Shown: positions 56,471-64,000 of the stretch, in pieces
Numbering within the stretch: position 1 is the first letter of the stretch
Layout of the letters: the number at the start of each line of letters is the position of its first letter
Assembly (NCBI GenBank): GCA_029559475.1
Contig: JAKQBN010000078.1
Location: forward strand, 2,986-66,985
DNA length: 64,000 nt
Direction: 5' to 3'
Origin: a bacterium
GTDB taxonomy: Bacteria > UBA4055
Program-made: the position numbers and the translations under genes
The notes under the pieces: generated by a model
What the model was told of the DNA's origin: nothing
The model's input: the letters and a program-made list of their open reading frames with translations, nothing else
The model's database searches: none

Positions 56471-58012
56471 ATGATTATGAAAACAATAGAACTGGACGGA
56501 AATAATCTAGATCTGACTCTTTTTCAAAAAATTATTTTTGAAAAACATCCCGTAAATGTTAGCAAAATTTCAAAAAAGAAGATCGACGCATGCAGAAAGA
56601 TCGTTGACGAAATTGTGGAAGAGAATATCGTAAGATACGGGATAAATACCGGCTTCGGAAAATTCAGCAGCGTAGTGATCGATAAAAAAGACACTGTCTC
56701 CCTTCAGAAAAAGATCGTTCTTTCACATGCTGTCGGAGTCGGAAAGCCTTTCGACGAAGCAGTCGTAAGAGGAATGATGCTTCTTAAGCTCAACAGTTTC
56801 CTGCAGGGATATTCCGGTGTTCGTTACGAAGTAGCTGAAACTCTCGTTTTTATGCTTAACAAAAATGTTATTCCCTTCATTCCTGAGAAAGGTTCGGTCG
56901 GCGCATCAGGTGACCTTGCACCTCTTTCTCATATGGCACTGGTTATGACAGGCAGTGGAAAAGCGTATTTTCAAAACAGGCTGATGTCCGGGCGATCCGC
57001 GATGAAGAAAGCCGGGATCGATATTCTTGAATTGAGGCAGAAAGAGGGTCTTGCGATACTAAACGGCACGCAGGCAATGACTTCCTTAGCCGCAGCAGCG
57101 CTTATTAAAAATGAGACCATTTTAAAATCCGCTGATATCATAGCTGCAATGAGCCTCGAAGCACTTAAAGGCTCGCTTTCGCCGTTTGATATAAGGATAC
57201 AGAACGCAAGACCTCATGAAGGCCAGAAAACCACTTCGGATAATTTTATCAGAATCCTCAAAGATTCGGAGATTATTAAATCCCATAAAGACTGCAATAA
57301 AGTTCAGGATGCTTACAGCCTCAGGTGCATTCCTCAGGTTCACGGAGCTGTAAAGGACACTTACAATCATGTAAAAAAGGTAATTGAGACAGAAATGAAT
57401 TCCGTTACGGACAATCCTCTTGTTTTCGATAACGGTCACGAAGTTATATCCGGCGGTAATTTTCACGGAGAGCCTGTCGCTTTCGCAATGGATTTTCTGG
57501 GAATAGCCGTAAGCGAATTGGCAAACATCAGTGAAAGAAGGATCGAATACATGCTTGACACATCTACTAACGACGGACTGCCTGCTTTTCTTACAGAAAA
57601 AGGAGGATTGAACTCGGGATTTATGATGACCCAGGTAACCGCAGCAGCACTCGTCAGCGAGAATAAAGTCCTTGCGCATCCGGCTTCGGTCGACTCGATA
57701 CCGACTTCAGCTAACAAAGAGGATCATGTGAGCATGGGAACGCACGCCGCAAGAAAAATGCTCGAAATAACCGAGAACGTTAAGAATGTCCTCGCCATCG
57801 AGTTGTTATGTGCTGCTCAGGCTCTCGATTTCAGAGGATCGGAAAAATCATCAGAATCCGTAAGGAATGTTTTTAAAGCTTTCCGCTCAAAAGTAAAATT
57901 TATGAAGAACGACAGGTATATCCATCCGGATATTTTAGCTTCTGCTGAATTTATCGGTAAAGGTTCCGCTGTAGCTGGAGCAGAAAAAATAACAGGTGAA
58001 CTAAAAATTTAA
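56471..58012 (+). CDS. hutH: Histidine ammonia-lyase
   Basis: MIO triad in GSVGASGDLAPLSH (Ala-Ser-Gly at 56903-56911), LSHAVG selectivity region, and GGNFHGEP. 513 aa. Confidence 0.88.
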   Translation: MIMKTIELDGNNLDLTLFQKIIFEKHPVNVSKISKKKIDACRKIVDEIVEENIVRYGINTGFGKFSSVVIDKKDTVSLQKKIVLSHAVGVGKPFDEAVVRGMMLLKLNSFLQGYSGVRYEVAETLVFMLNKNVIPFIPEKGSVGASGDLAPLSHMALVMTGSGKAYFQNRLMSGRSAMKKAGIDILELRQKEGLAILNGTQAMTSLAAAALIKNETILKSADIIAAMSLEALKGSLSPFDIRIQNARPHEGQKTTSDNFIRILKDSEIIKSHKDCNKVQDAYSLRCIPQVHGAVKDTYNHVKKVIETEMNSVTDNPLVFDNGHEVISGGNFHGEPVAFAMDFLGIAVSELANISERRIEYMLDTSTNDGLPAFLTEKGGLNSGFMMTQVTAAALVSENKVLAHPASVDSIPTSANKEDHVSMGTHAARKMLEITENVKNVLAIELLCAAQALDFRGSEKSSESVRNVFKAFRSKVKFMKNDRYIHPDILASAEFIGKGSAVAGAEKITGELKI

Positions 58013-58026
58013 ACTTGGAGAAAAAA

Positions 58027-59559
58027 ATGGTAGTCATTACAGGATCGGGACTTACAATAGAAAAGGTGGTAAGGGTGGCAAGATCGGGCGAAAAAGTTAA
58101 ACTTCATCCGAAAGCTGTCCAAAGAATAAACGTCTGCAGAGAAATGCTCGAAAAGAAAGTTAAGGCGAAAGAGATAATGTACGGAGTGAATACCGGAATC
58201 GGTGAGTTTTCAGAAGTCGTTCTGAATGACGATCAGGTAAAAGACTTTCAGAAATATCTTATATATAATCATTCCGCCGGCATAGGTGATCCTGCTCCCG
58301 TTGAATATGTAAGGGGAGCAATGCTCGGTCGTATCAACGTTCACGCCCACGGTAATTCAGGAGTAAGGCTTGAGGTTACTCAGACTCTTGTCGAGCTTTT
58401 AAATAAGAATGTAACACCATACGTATGCCAGAAAGGATCTGTTGGCGCCTGCGGTGATCTAGCGCCGATGTCCCAGATCGCTCTTGTAATGATGGGTGAA
58501 GGTCAGGCTTATTACAAAGGAAAACTGATGCCCGCAAAAGAAGCGATGGATAAAGCGGGAATACCCGTACCGGGACTAAAAGCCAGGGACGGACTGGCTA
58601 CGATCAACGGATCGAATGTGCTTACTGCTATGAGCGCGATATTTCTTTACGATGCTGACAGATGGCTTAAACAGGCTGAAATAGCGGCCGCGATGTCTCT
58701 TGAAGCGCTTAAAGCGAACATGAAACCTTATACTAGACTTCTGCACGAGGTCAGAGGGTTTAAAGGTGCAATAAGAAGCGCAGAATCGATAAATAAGATC
58801 GTTTCAGGCGGGGATCTTAAAGAAGGAAGAGTAAAATGCAAAGTTCAGGACGCGTATTCTATGCGTTCTACCCCTCAGGTGATCGGTGCCGCGCATGACG
58901 CTTTGGCTTACGCAAGATCACAGGTCGAGATCGAACTGAATGGAGTCGGTGATAACCCGATATTTTTCGCTGATAAGAATATGCAGCTTTCAGGTGCTAA
59001 TTTTCAGGGATCTCCGGTAGCCGTACCGATGGATATGGCAGGATATTGCATTACGATGGTAAGCATTCTTTCTGAAAGAAGGCTGAACAGGCTAAATAAT
59101 CCGGCTTTGAGCGTGGGTCTTCCCGCTTTCCTCACTAAAGGTGCGGGAATGTTTTCAGGTCTCATGTTAAGTCAATATACAGCCGATATGCAGATAACAG
59201 AGCAAAAACTTTTATCGACTCCCGCCTCGATAATGTCAATCCCGGCAGCCGCGGACCAGGAGGATTTCGTTTCGATGGGAATGAACACGGCCATCAAGAA
59301 TTTCCAAATACTTGATAATGCATACGGAATTTTAGGAATAGAGTTTATGGCTGCCGCTCAGGCTCTGGATTTCAGAAAAGAAGAGTATAAATTCGGAAAA
59401 GGTACCCAGAAAGCTAAGGATGTCGTCAGAAAGCATGTCGAATTCCTTGATATCGACAGACCTTTGTATAAAGATCATACAACTATGAAGCATCTTGTGA
59501 GATCGGGTGAGATTCTTGATGAGGTCGAGAAAGTTGTAGGCGCTCTGGACAAATACTAG
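58027..59559 (+). CDS. Aromatic amino acid ammonia-lyase/aminomutase family paralog with an Ala-Cys-Gly triad
   Basis: GSVGACGDLAPMSQ (GCC TGC GGT at 58447-58455), YNHSAG, and GANFQGSP. I prefer the ATG at 58027 (GGAG upstream) over the TTG at 58015. Confidence 0.75.
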   Translation: MVVITGSGLTIEKVVRVARSGEKVKLHPKAVQRINVCREMLEKKVKAKEIMYGVNTGIGEFSEVVLNDDQVKDFQKYLIYNHSAGIGDPAPVEYVRGAMLGRINVHAHGNSGVRLEVTQTLVELLNKNVTPYVCQKGSVGACGDLAPMSQIALVMMGEGQAYYKGKLMPAKEAMDKAGIPVPGLKARDGLATINGSNVLTAMSAIFLYDADRWLKQAEIAAAMSLEALKANMKPYTRLLHEVRGFKGAIRSAESINKIVSGGDLKEGRVKCKVQDAYSMRSTPQVIGAAHDALAYARSQVEIELNGVGDNPIFFADKNMQLSGANFQGSPVAVPMDMAGYCITMVSILSERRLNRLNNPALSVGLPAFLTKGAGMFSGLMLSQYTADMQITEQKLLSTPASIMSIPAAADQEDFVSMGMNTAIKNFQILDNAYGILGIEFMAAAQALDFRKEEYKFGKGTQKAKDVVRKHVEFLDIDRPLYKDHTTMKHLVRSGEILDEVEKVVGALDKY

Positions 59560-59580
59560 GTAGTTTCATTGATCTGTTTT

Positions 59581-59602
59581 AAAGGCGGGATATCCCGCCT
59601 TT
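59581..59602. terminator. Bidirectional rho-independent terminator
   Basis: Perfect palindrome AAAGGCGGGATATCCCGCCTTT between convergent genes. Confidence 0.75.
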
Positions 59603-59607
59603 TTCAA

Positions 59608-60270
59608 TTAATACAAAGTCGCATCCCAGACCCTGACATTTAAAAATTCCGCAAGCACCCCCGCATCTTTCCTTAACTGATCTATGTTGCCGTGATCAAC
59701 TACATTTATTCTTGACCGGTCTTTCATTACGAGGTTCAGCTCATAACTTGTGTATGAACTTTTGTTCCCCCTTACGTGTTCCAAAATTATCTGAAGAGCT
59801 CGGATATCTGCAAGCCTTGTGTAATTCTGATACGTTTGATTCAGCATCAGATTGGGTTCTGTCCAAGACTTCCAGAATAACCCGGTAGATTTATCGAAAA
59901 CTATCGGTTTTGCGCCTGACCGGTAAGCAATAAACCCTATAGAAGCGAAAAACAGCCCGAATAGAACAGGGAAAGCAGCGACCCATGATTCATTTCCGCC
60001 TTCTGATAAAATAAAAAATGTCGGAACTGACGCGAAAATTATTCCGAAAAACATAAATACGCTTAAAAAGACGGTCATACCTGCTCCTGCCCTGAATTCT
60101 AACCGGCTCAGTTCTTTATTGACGAGATTGTGCGTTTTAAAATTCGAACCTCCCCTTGATACAGGTGTCCATTCTGTCTCAATTGCTGCAGGATCGTTGA
60201 AAACAGACGCATCGAATAAAGCAGTTTCTTTCTTTTTCATAAGATCTATGATTTTCTGAAACATAATCAT
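59608..60270 (-). CDS. Hypothetical membrane protein
   Basis: 220-aa ORF with two central hydrophobic helices (MTVFLSVFMFFGIIFASV and AAFPVLFGLFFASIGFIAY). Confidence 0.55.
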   Translation of the reverse strand: MIMFQKIIDLMKKKETALFDASVFNDPAAIETEWTPVSRGGSNFKTHNLVNKELSRLEFRAGAGMTVFLSVFMFFGIIFASVPTFFILSEGGNESWVAAFPVLFGLFFASIGFIAYRSGAKPIVFDKSTGLFWKSWTEPNLMLNQTYQNYTRLADIRALQIILEHVRGNKSSYTSYELNLVMKDRSRINVVDHGNIDQLRKDAGVLAEFLNVRVWDATLY

Positions 60271-60430
60271 CTCCGAAAATTATATTACATTAAAATTAAC
60301 ATTTAAGCTTTCGCGGCGCAATAAAAATAATTCAAATTTAACTTGCGGTTATAATTTTTGAGATTTATATTTCAACCTCGTCGAGCACAGGCTCAGATTG
60401 AAAATAATTTATTGAAATAAAGAGGTTAAC

Positions 60431-60658
60431 ATGTCAAGAATTTGTGACATTTGCGGAAAAGGTCCTGTTTTCGGAGGCTCTTTCTGCAGAAAAGGTATGG
60501 CTAAGAAGAAAGGCGGTGTAGGTATTAATATCACCGGAAGATCCAAAAGAGTTTTTTATCCCAATCTGCAGGTTGTCAGGGTCAGAAAAGACAACCAGAC
60601 TGTAAAGCTGAAAGTCTGCGCAAGCTGCATAAAAGCGGGTAAAACAATAGTCGCTTAA
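60431..60658 (+). CDS. rpmB: 50S ribosomal protein L28
   Basis: MSRICDICGKGP...GRSKRVFYPNLQVVRV matches the bL28 pattern (MSR.C...GK......R.F.PNLQ). AGAGG Shine-Dalgarno sequence upstream. Confidence 0.75.
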   Translation: MSRICDICGKGPVFGGSFCRKGMAKKKGGVGINITGRSKRVFYPNLQVVRVRKDNQTVKLKVCASCIKAGKTIVA

Positions 60659-60676
60659 GAAAATTTGAATGTCAAT

Positions 60677-60706
60677 AAAAAATCCCGGAATCCCGGGATT
60701 TTTTTA
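60677..60706. terminator. Rho-independent terminator after rpmB
   Basis: AAAAAATCCCGG-aatc-CCGGGATTTTTT hairpin. It overlaps the stop of the convergent acyltransferase gene. Confidence 0.7.
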
Positions 60707-61612
60707 TTTCGGACTTGTCTTATATCTTTTATGGATCCACCAGTAATGATCCGGATCGGCTTTGATCTGATCCTCAAGCATTTTTGTATAGCGTTGAACC
60801 AGAGTGTGAATTTTATCATCCTGCGATAAACCCGAATTTTGAATATCTGAGTAATCCACAAAAGTAAAGGAGAGATGATGTTTCGATATATCATTCTTAT
60901 CTCTGACAGTGTTAACCAGAAGCATTGGAACATTGTATTTTAAGCAGATCACCGCCGGATTCTTGTGGGTGGACGCGGGCTTATTGAAGAATTCAACGAA
61001 TATACCGTGCTTTCTGCCTGCGTTCTGATCGGAAAGAAGGGCTATGAAATAATTGTCCTTTAAAGCCCTGAAAAGTTTCATCATGTGCTTTCTGTGGATA
61101 ACAAGCATTCCGGCTTTTTCTCTTGGAACATCAAACAGCTTCTCTGTAAGCTTGTTTTTCTGATTTGCCACAACATATGCGGATTTGATCCCGAAGCAGG
61201 TTGAATAATGCCCTCCAGCTTCAAAAAAACCGAAATGGCCGCCTACGACAATGCATCCTTTTCCTTCAGAATTTATTCTGTTGATCAATTCTCTGGAGCA
61301 GTCGTCGATCATGAGATTGTTAAGTTTCTGTTCTTTTGAAAGATACATGTATTTATAGCTTTCGAAAGATGACATCAGGATATTTTTATAGCTGGCATTA
61401 CGTATCTTTTTTCTTTCGTCTAAGCTTTTATCCGGAAAAGCAACGGCGAGATTACTCATGCAGGTACTGTTTCTGACTTTGTAAAAAAACGTTACAAAAC
61501 CGGCAGTGAAGTTCGCCGTGAACAGAACAGCTTTTAAAGGCAGTATCTTTATTATTGTCTGGAATATTAACAGAATGTAATATTCGATATAGTGCTGAAA
61601 TTTATGTTCCAT
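60704..61612 (-). CDS. Lipid A biosynthesis (Kdo)2-lipid IVA acyltransferase family protein (LpxL/HtrB-like)
   Basis: N-terminal TM, an HX4E/D-type motif GGHFGFFE, and the C-terminal P..Y.W.HKR.K tail typical of Lip_A_acyltrans. Confidence 0.7.
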   Translation of the reverse strand: MEHKFQHYIEYYILLIFQTIIKILPLKAVLFTANFTAGFVTFFYKVRNSTCMSNLAVAFPDKSLDERKKIRNASYKNILMSSFESYKYMYLSKEQKLNNLMIDDCSRELINRINSEGKGCIVVGGHFGFFEAGGHYSTCFGIKSAYVVANQKNKLTEKLFDVPREKAGMLVIHRKHMMKLFRALKDNYFIALLSDQNAGRKHGIFVEFFNKPASTHKNPAVICLKYNVPMLLVNTVRDKNDISKHHLSFTFVDYSDIQNSGLSQDDKIHTLVQRYTKMLEDQIKADPDHYWWIHKRYKTSPK

Positions 61613-61630
61613 ATTCTTCTGGCTTTAAAT

Positions 61631-61658
61631 AAAAAGCGACGAAAGTTCGTCGCTTTTT
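61631..61658. terminator. Rho-independent terminator after gcvPA
   Basis: AAAAAGCGACGAA-ag-TTCGTCGCTTTTT hairpin with A/T flanks. Confidence 0.65.
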
Positions 61659-61679
61659 ATATCATTATTCCGATCCAGT

Positions 61680-63026
61680 TTATAATCCTTTTACGATGAT
61701 TTTGAGTGTATCTGCATATTTATCAAGTTCTTCTCTGTTTCTTTTTTCAGTCACAGCTACGAGAAATTCGTCCTTTGCCATACCGAATCTTTTTAGCGGA
61801 ATGCCGGCGAAAATTTCGTACTCAAGCATTTTTTCCATGATCGTATCAACATTGAATCTCGTTTTTATGACAAATTCTTTGAAGAAAGGTTTTTTGTATT
61901 TTAATTCAAATCCGCTGATCTCACCGATCTTGGAAGCAAGATAATGGCTCCTCCAGTAGCAGTTCTCGGCGGTTTCCTTAAGACCCTGTTCTCCCATAGT
62001 GTTGAGATATATCCCGGCTGCAAGAGCGCATAAAGCCTGGTTCGAACAGATGTTGGATGTCGCTTTATCCCTCCTGATATGCTGTTCTCTGGTCTGCAGT
62101 GTAAGAACGAACCCGCGTTTTCCGTCAACGTCCTGTGTCACGCCGACTACTCTGCCCGGAATTTTTCTCATGAACTGTTTTGTCGCGGCGAAAATTCCGA
62201 GATAAGGTCCGCCGAAAGCCTGAGGAAGTCCAAGCGCCTGTCCCTCTGCGACAACGATGTCCGCTCCATATTCGGAAGGCTTTTTGAAAAGCCCTATGCT
62301 GATCGGATCTATCGCGACAATAAATAATCCTTTGATCCCGTGTATAAGATCCGCCACTCCGTTATAGTCTTCAAGATTTCCGAAGAAGTTGGGGTTCTGG
62401 ACTATGATGCAGGCTGTTTCAGGATCTGTTTTCTTTTTCAGGCTTTCAAGTTCTAAAGCACCGTTCTCCGATTCAGCAATTACGATCTCGTATTTCATAG
62501 CCTCTGTAAAAGTTCTGACTACTGCGATCCATCCCGGATTGACTGTCGATGAAATTACTATCTTGTTTCTTCTCGTATGCCTGCAGGCTAGTATCGCTGC
62601 TTCAGCCATCGCGGATGCGCCGTCATACATTGATGCATTGCTTATATCCATTCCTGTAAGATTACAGATAAGGGACTGATATTCGTATATGCTCTGAAGT
62701 GTTCCCTGGCTTATTTCAGCCTGATAAGGTGTGTAGGCCGTCTGGAATTCCGGTCTTGAGATCAAATATGGAACGACCGACGGAATGTAATGGTCATATG
62801 AACCGGCACCGAGATATGAAGTCACTTCAGACGTGCTTTTATTTTTGGCTGCCAGCGATTTTACGTCCTTTGTTACTTCAAGCTCGCTTTTCCCCTTACC
62901 GAGACCCAGCTTTCCTTTAAATAAAAATTCTCCGGGGATTTCTTTCAGAAGCTCTTTAAAATCTTTGACCCCTATAGCATTAAGCATTTCCTGTCTGTCT
63001 TTATCGGTATTACTAATATATGGCAT
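61680..63026 (-). CDS. gcvPA: Glycine dehydrogenase (aminomethyl-transferring) subunit 1
   Basis: MPYISNTDKDRQEMLNAIGV and TPYQAEISQG motifs. 448 aa. It lies downstream of gcvH. Confidence 0.88.
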   Translation of the reverse strand: MPYISNTDKDRQEMLNAIGVKDFKELLKEIPGEFLFKGKLGLGKGKSELEVTKDVKSLAAKNKSTSEVTSYLGAGSYDHYIPSVVPYLISRPEFQTAYTPYQAEISQGTLQSIYEYQSLICNLTGMDISNASMYDGASAMAEAAILACRHTRRNKIVISSTVNPGWIAVVRTFTEAMKYEIVIAESENGALELESLKKKTDPETACIIVQNPNFFGNLEDYNGVADLIHGIKGLFIVAIDPISIGLFKKPSEYGADIVVAEGQALGLPQAFGGPYLGIFAATKQFMRKIPGRVVGVTQDVDGKRGFVLTLQTREQHIRRDKATSNICSNQALCALAAGIYLNTMGEQGLKETAENCYWRSHYLASKIGEISGFELKYKKPFFKEFVIKTRFNVDTIMEKMLEYEIFAGIPLKRFGMAKDEFLVAVTEKRNREELDKYADTLKIIVKGL

Positions 63027-63043
63027 TTTTCACTCTTTCTTTT

Positions 63044-63421
63044 TTATTCTACATGAGCTTTATAATCGTCAGCATTCATAAGCGAAGATGTTTCAGAACT
63101 GTTGCTCATTTTGATCTTTACGATCCAGCCCTTGCCGTAGCAGTCTTTATTTACAAGTTCGGGATTTGCTTCAAGCTCGGTATTAACCTCTAATACTTCT
63201 CCCGAAAGAGGTGAATATATATCCGATGCGGCTTTAACAGCTTCTATTACACCAAGAGAATCACCCTTCGAAAAATTATCTCCGACCTGCGGAAGCTCAA
63301 GGTACGTTATGTCTCCGAGCTGTTCCTGGGCATATTCCGAAACTCCGATTGTTGCTATGCCGTCAGCTATTCTGGCATATTCATGATCTTCTGTAAATAG
63401 CAGGTCCTTGGGAAAATCCAT
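63044..63421 (-). CDS. gcvH: Glycine cleavage system protein H
   Basis: Lipoyl-lysine motif GVIEAVKAASDIYSPLSGEV. 125 aa. Confidence 0.92.
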   Translation of the reverse strand: MDFPKDLLFTEDHEYARIADGIATIGVSEYAQEQLGDITYLELPQVGDNFSKGDSLGVIEAVKAASDIYSPLSGEVLEVNTELEANPELVNKDCYGKGWIVKIKMSNSSETSSLMNADDYKAHVE

Positions 63422-63445
63422 TTTCTTCTCCTTATTTTATTTGTT

Positions 63446-64000
63446 TTATTTATTAGCTGAGTAGTCGCCAAGTTCATAGTTATTGTCCCCTGATGAATCA
63501 AGACCTTTTAACCTTCTTTCGAAATCCGCCGGGGTTGAAGCTCCTCTCATAGCCTCTTCGTATGAAATAAGTCCTTTTTCGTAGAGTTTATAGATACTCT
63601 GATCGAAATTGTGCATTCCGTATATAACTTCGCCTTTCTCGATCGACATTTTTATATCAGCCGATTTTGCAGGATCGATGATCGCTTCTTTTACTGTTTC
63701 GTTATTGATGAGGATCTCGGTCGCGGGTACCCTTCCTTTACCGTCCCTTGTAGGTATAAGCCTCTGTGAAACGATACAGGTAAGTGTTACTGCGAGAAGA
63801 TTTCTGATCTCATTCTGAAGATCGCCGGGGAAAAATGACAGGATTCGGCTTATTGTCTGAATCGCGTCAGTCGTGTGAAGTGTAGTAAATACCAAATGCC
63901 CGGTGTTAGCGGCTCTGATAGCTGTATACATACTTTCCGGATCCCTGATCTCTCCGATCATTATGATGTCCGGGTCCTGCCTGAGAAGATATCTTAACGA
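63446..64000 (-). CDS. pilT: Type IV pilus twitching-motility ATPase PilT/PilU family; 5' end outside the window
   Basis: The frame stays open to position 64000 (..SLRYLLRQDPDIIMIGEIRD). AANTGHLVFTTLHT (His box) and the C-terminal region are typical of PilT. Confidence 0.8.
   Translation of the reverse strand, partial: SLRYLLRQDPDIIMIGEIRDPESMYTAIRAANTGHLVFTTLHTTDAIQTISRILSFFPGDLQNEIRNLLAVTLTCIVSQRLIPTRDGKGRVPATEILINNETVKEAIIDPAKSADIKMSIEKGEVIYGMHNFDQSIYKLYEKGLISYEEAMRGASTPADFERRLKGLDSSGDNNYELGDYSANK

Noticed and set aside
57122-57679. 185-aa minus-strand ORF (and similar antisense ORFs at 13656-14117, 17132-17491, 24075-24479 and 44018-44389)
   Set aside because: All are embedded antisense in genes with unambiguous family motifs (hutH, phosphohexomutase, apbE, murD, ahcY). 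They have no independent support.
56471-59559. A complete histidine-utilisation (hut) operon
   Set aside because: Only the ammonia-lyase paralogs are present here. No urocanase or imidazolonepropionase motifs appear in any ORF of the window, and the HutD-like gene lies separately at 45.7 kb.
63422-63445. Glycine riboswitch upstream of gcvH
   Set aside because: Only 24 nt separate gcvH from the upstream pilT stop, which is far too short for a glycine riboswitch aptamer.

Overview
The window is a low-GC bacterial chromosomal segment with the standard genetic code and dense coding on both strands. Most of it is housekeeping. This includes queC, dprA, obg, two tandem tRNA-Pro genes, rimO, trpS, panBC, purF, ahcY, tandem histidine ammonia-lyase paralogs, rpmB, gcvH/gcvPA and pilT, plus many envelope genes. 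A bS22-like micro-ORF, a PorV/PorQ-like barrel, an LptE-like lipoprotein and a sigma-54 activator tentatively suggest the FCB group or a related candidate phylum. I cannot verify that without searches.

The one clearly accessory region is about 31.06-42.13 kb. Seven co-directional genes there are bracketed by roughly 115-135 bp imperfect inverted repeats. The genes are:
- a coiled-coil membrane protein;
- a 1575-aa lipoprotein with about 14 Fn3-like repeats and a C-terminal FGE-sulfatase/C-type-lectin-fold domain;
- a visibly more AT-rich block encoding a TIR-domain protein, a 319-aa helical protein with an Rx5H motif, an 81-aa protein and a 2TM membrane protein;
- a Schlafen/AlbA_2-type regulator, followed by a repeat-dense non-coding stretch.

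The TIR/unknown/unknown/2TM cassette is my best candidate for an uncharacterised defence-type system.

Other points worth a second look:
- a probable MurL/MurD2 (L-Glu ligase plus epimerase) pair outside any dcw cluster;
- a second ammonia-lyase paralog with Ala-Cys-Gly in place of the Ala-Ser-Gly MIO triad;
- a GlmU that has only the uridyltransferase domain;
- two coding regions missing from the ORF track, namely a window-edge alkaline-phosphatase-fold gene and a 29-codon bS22-like gene.

All family assignments rest on motif recognition by eye. No database search was run.
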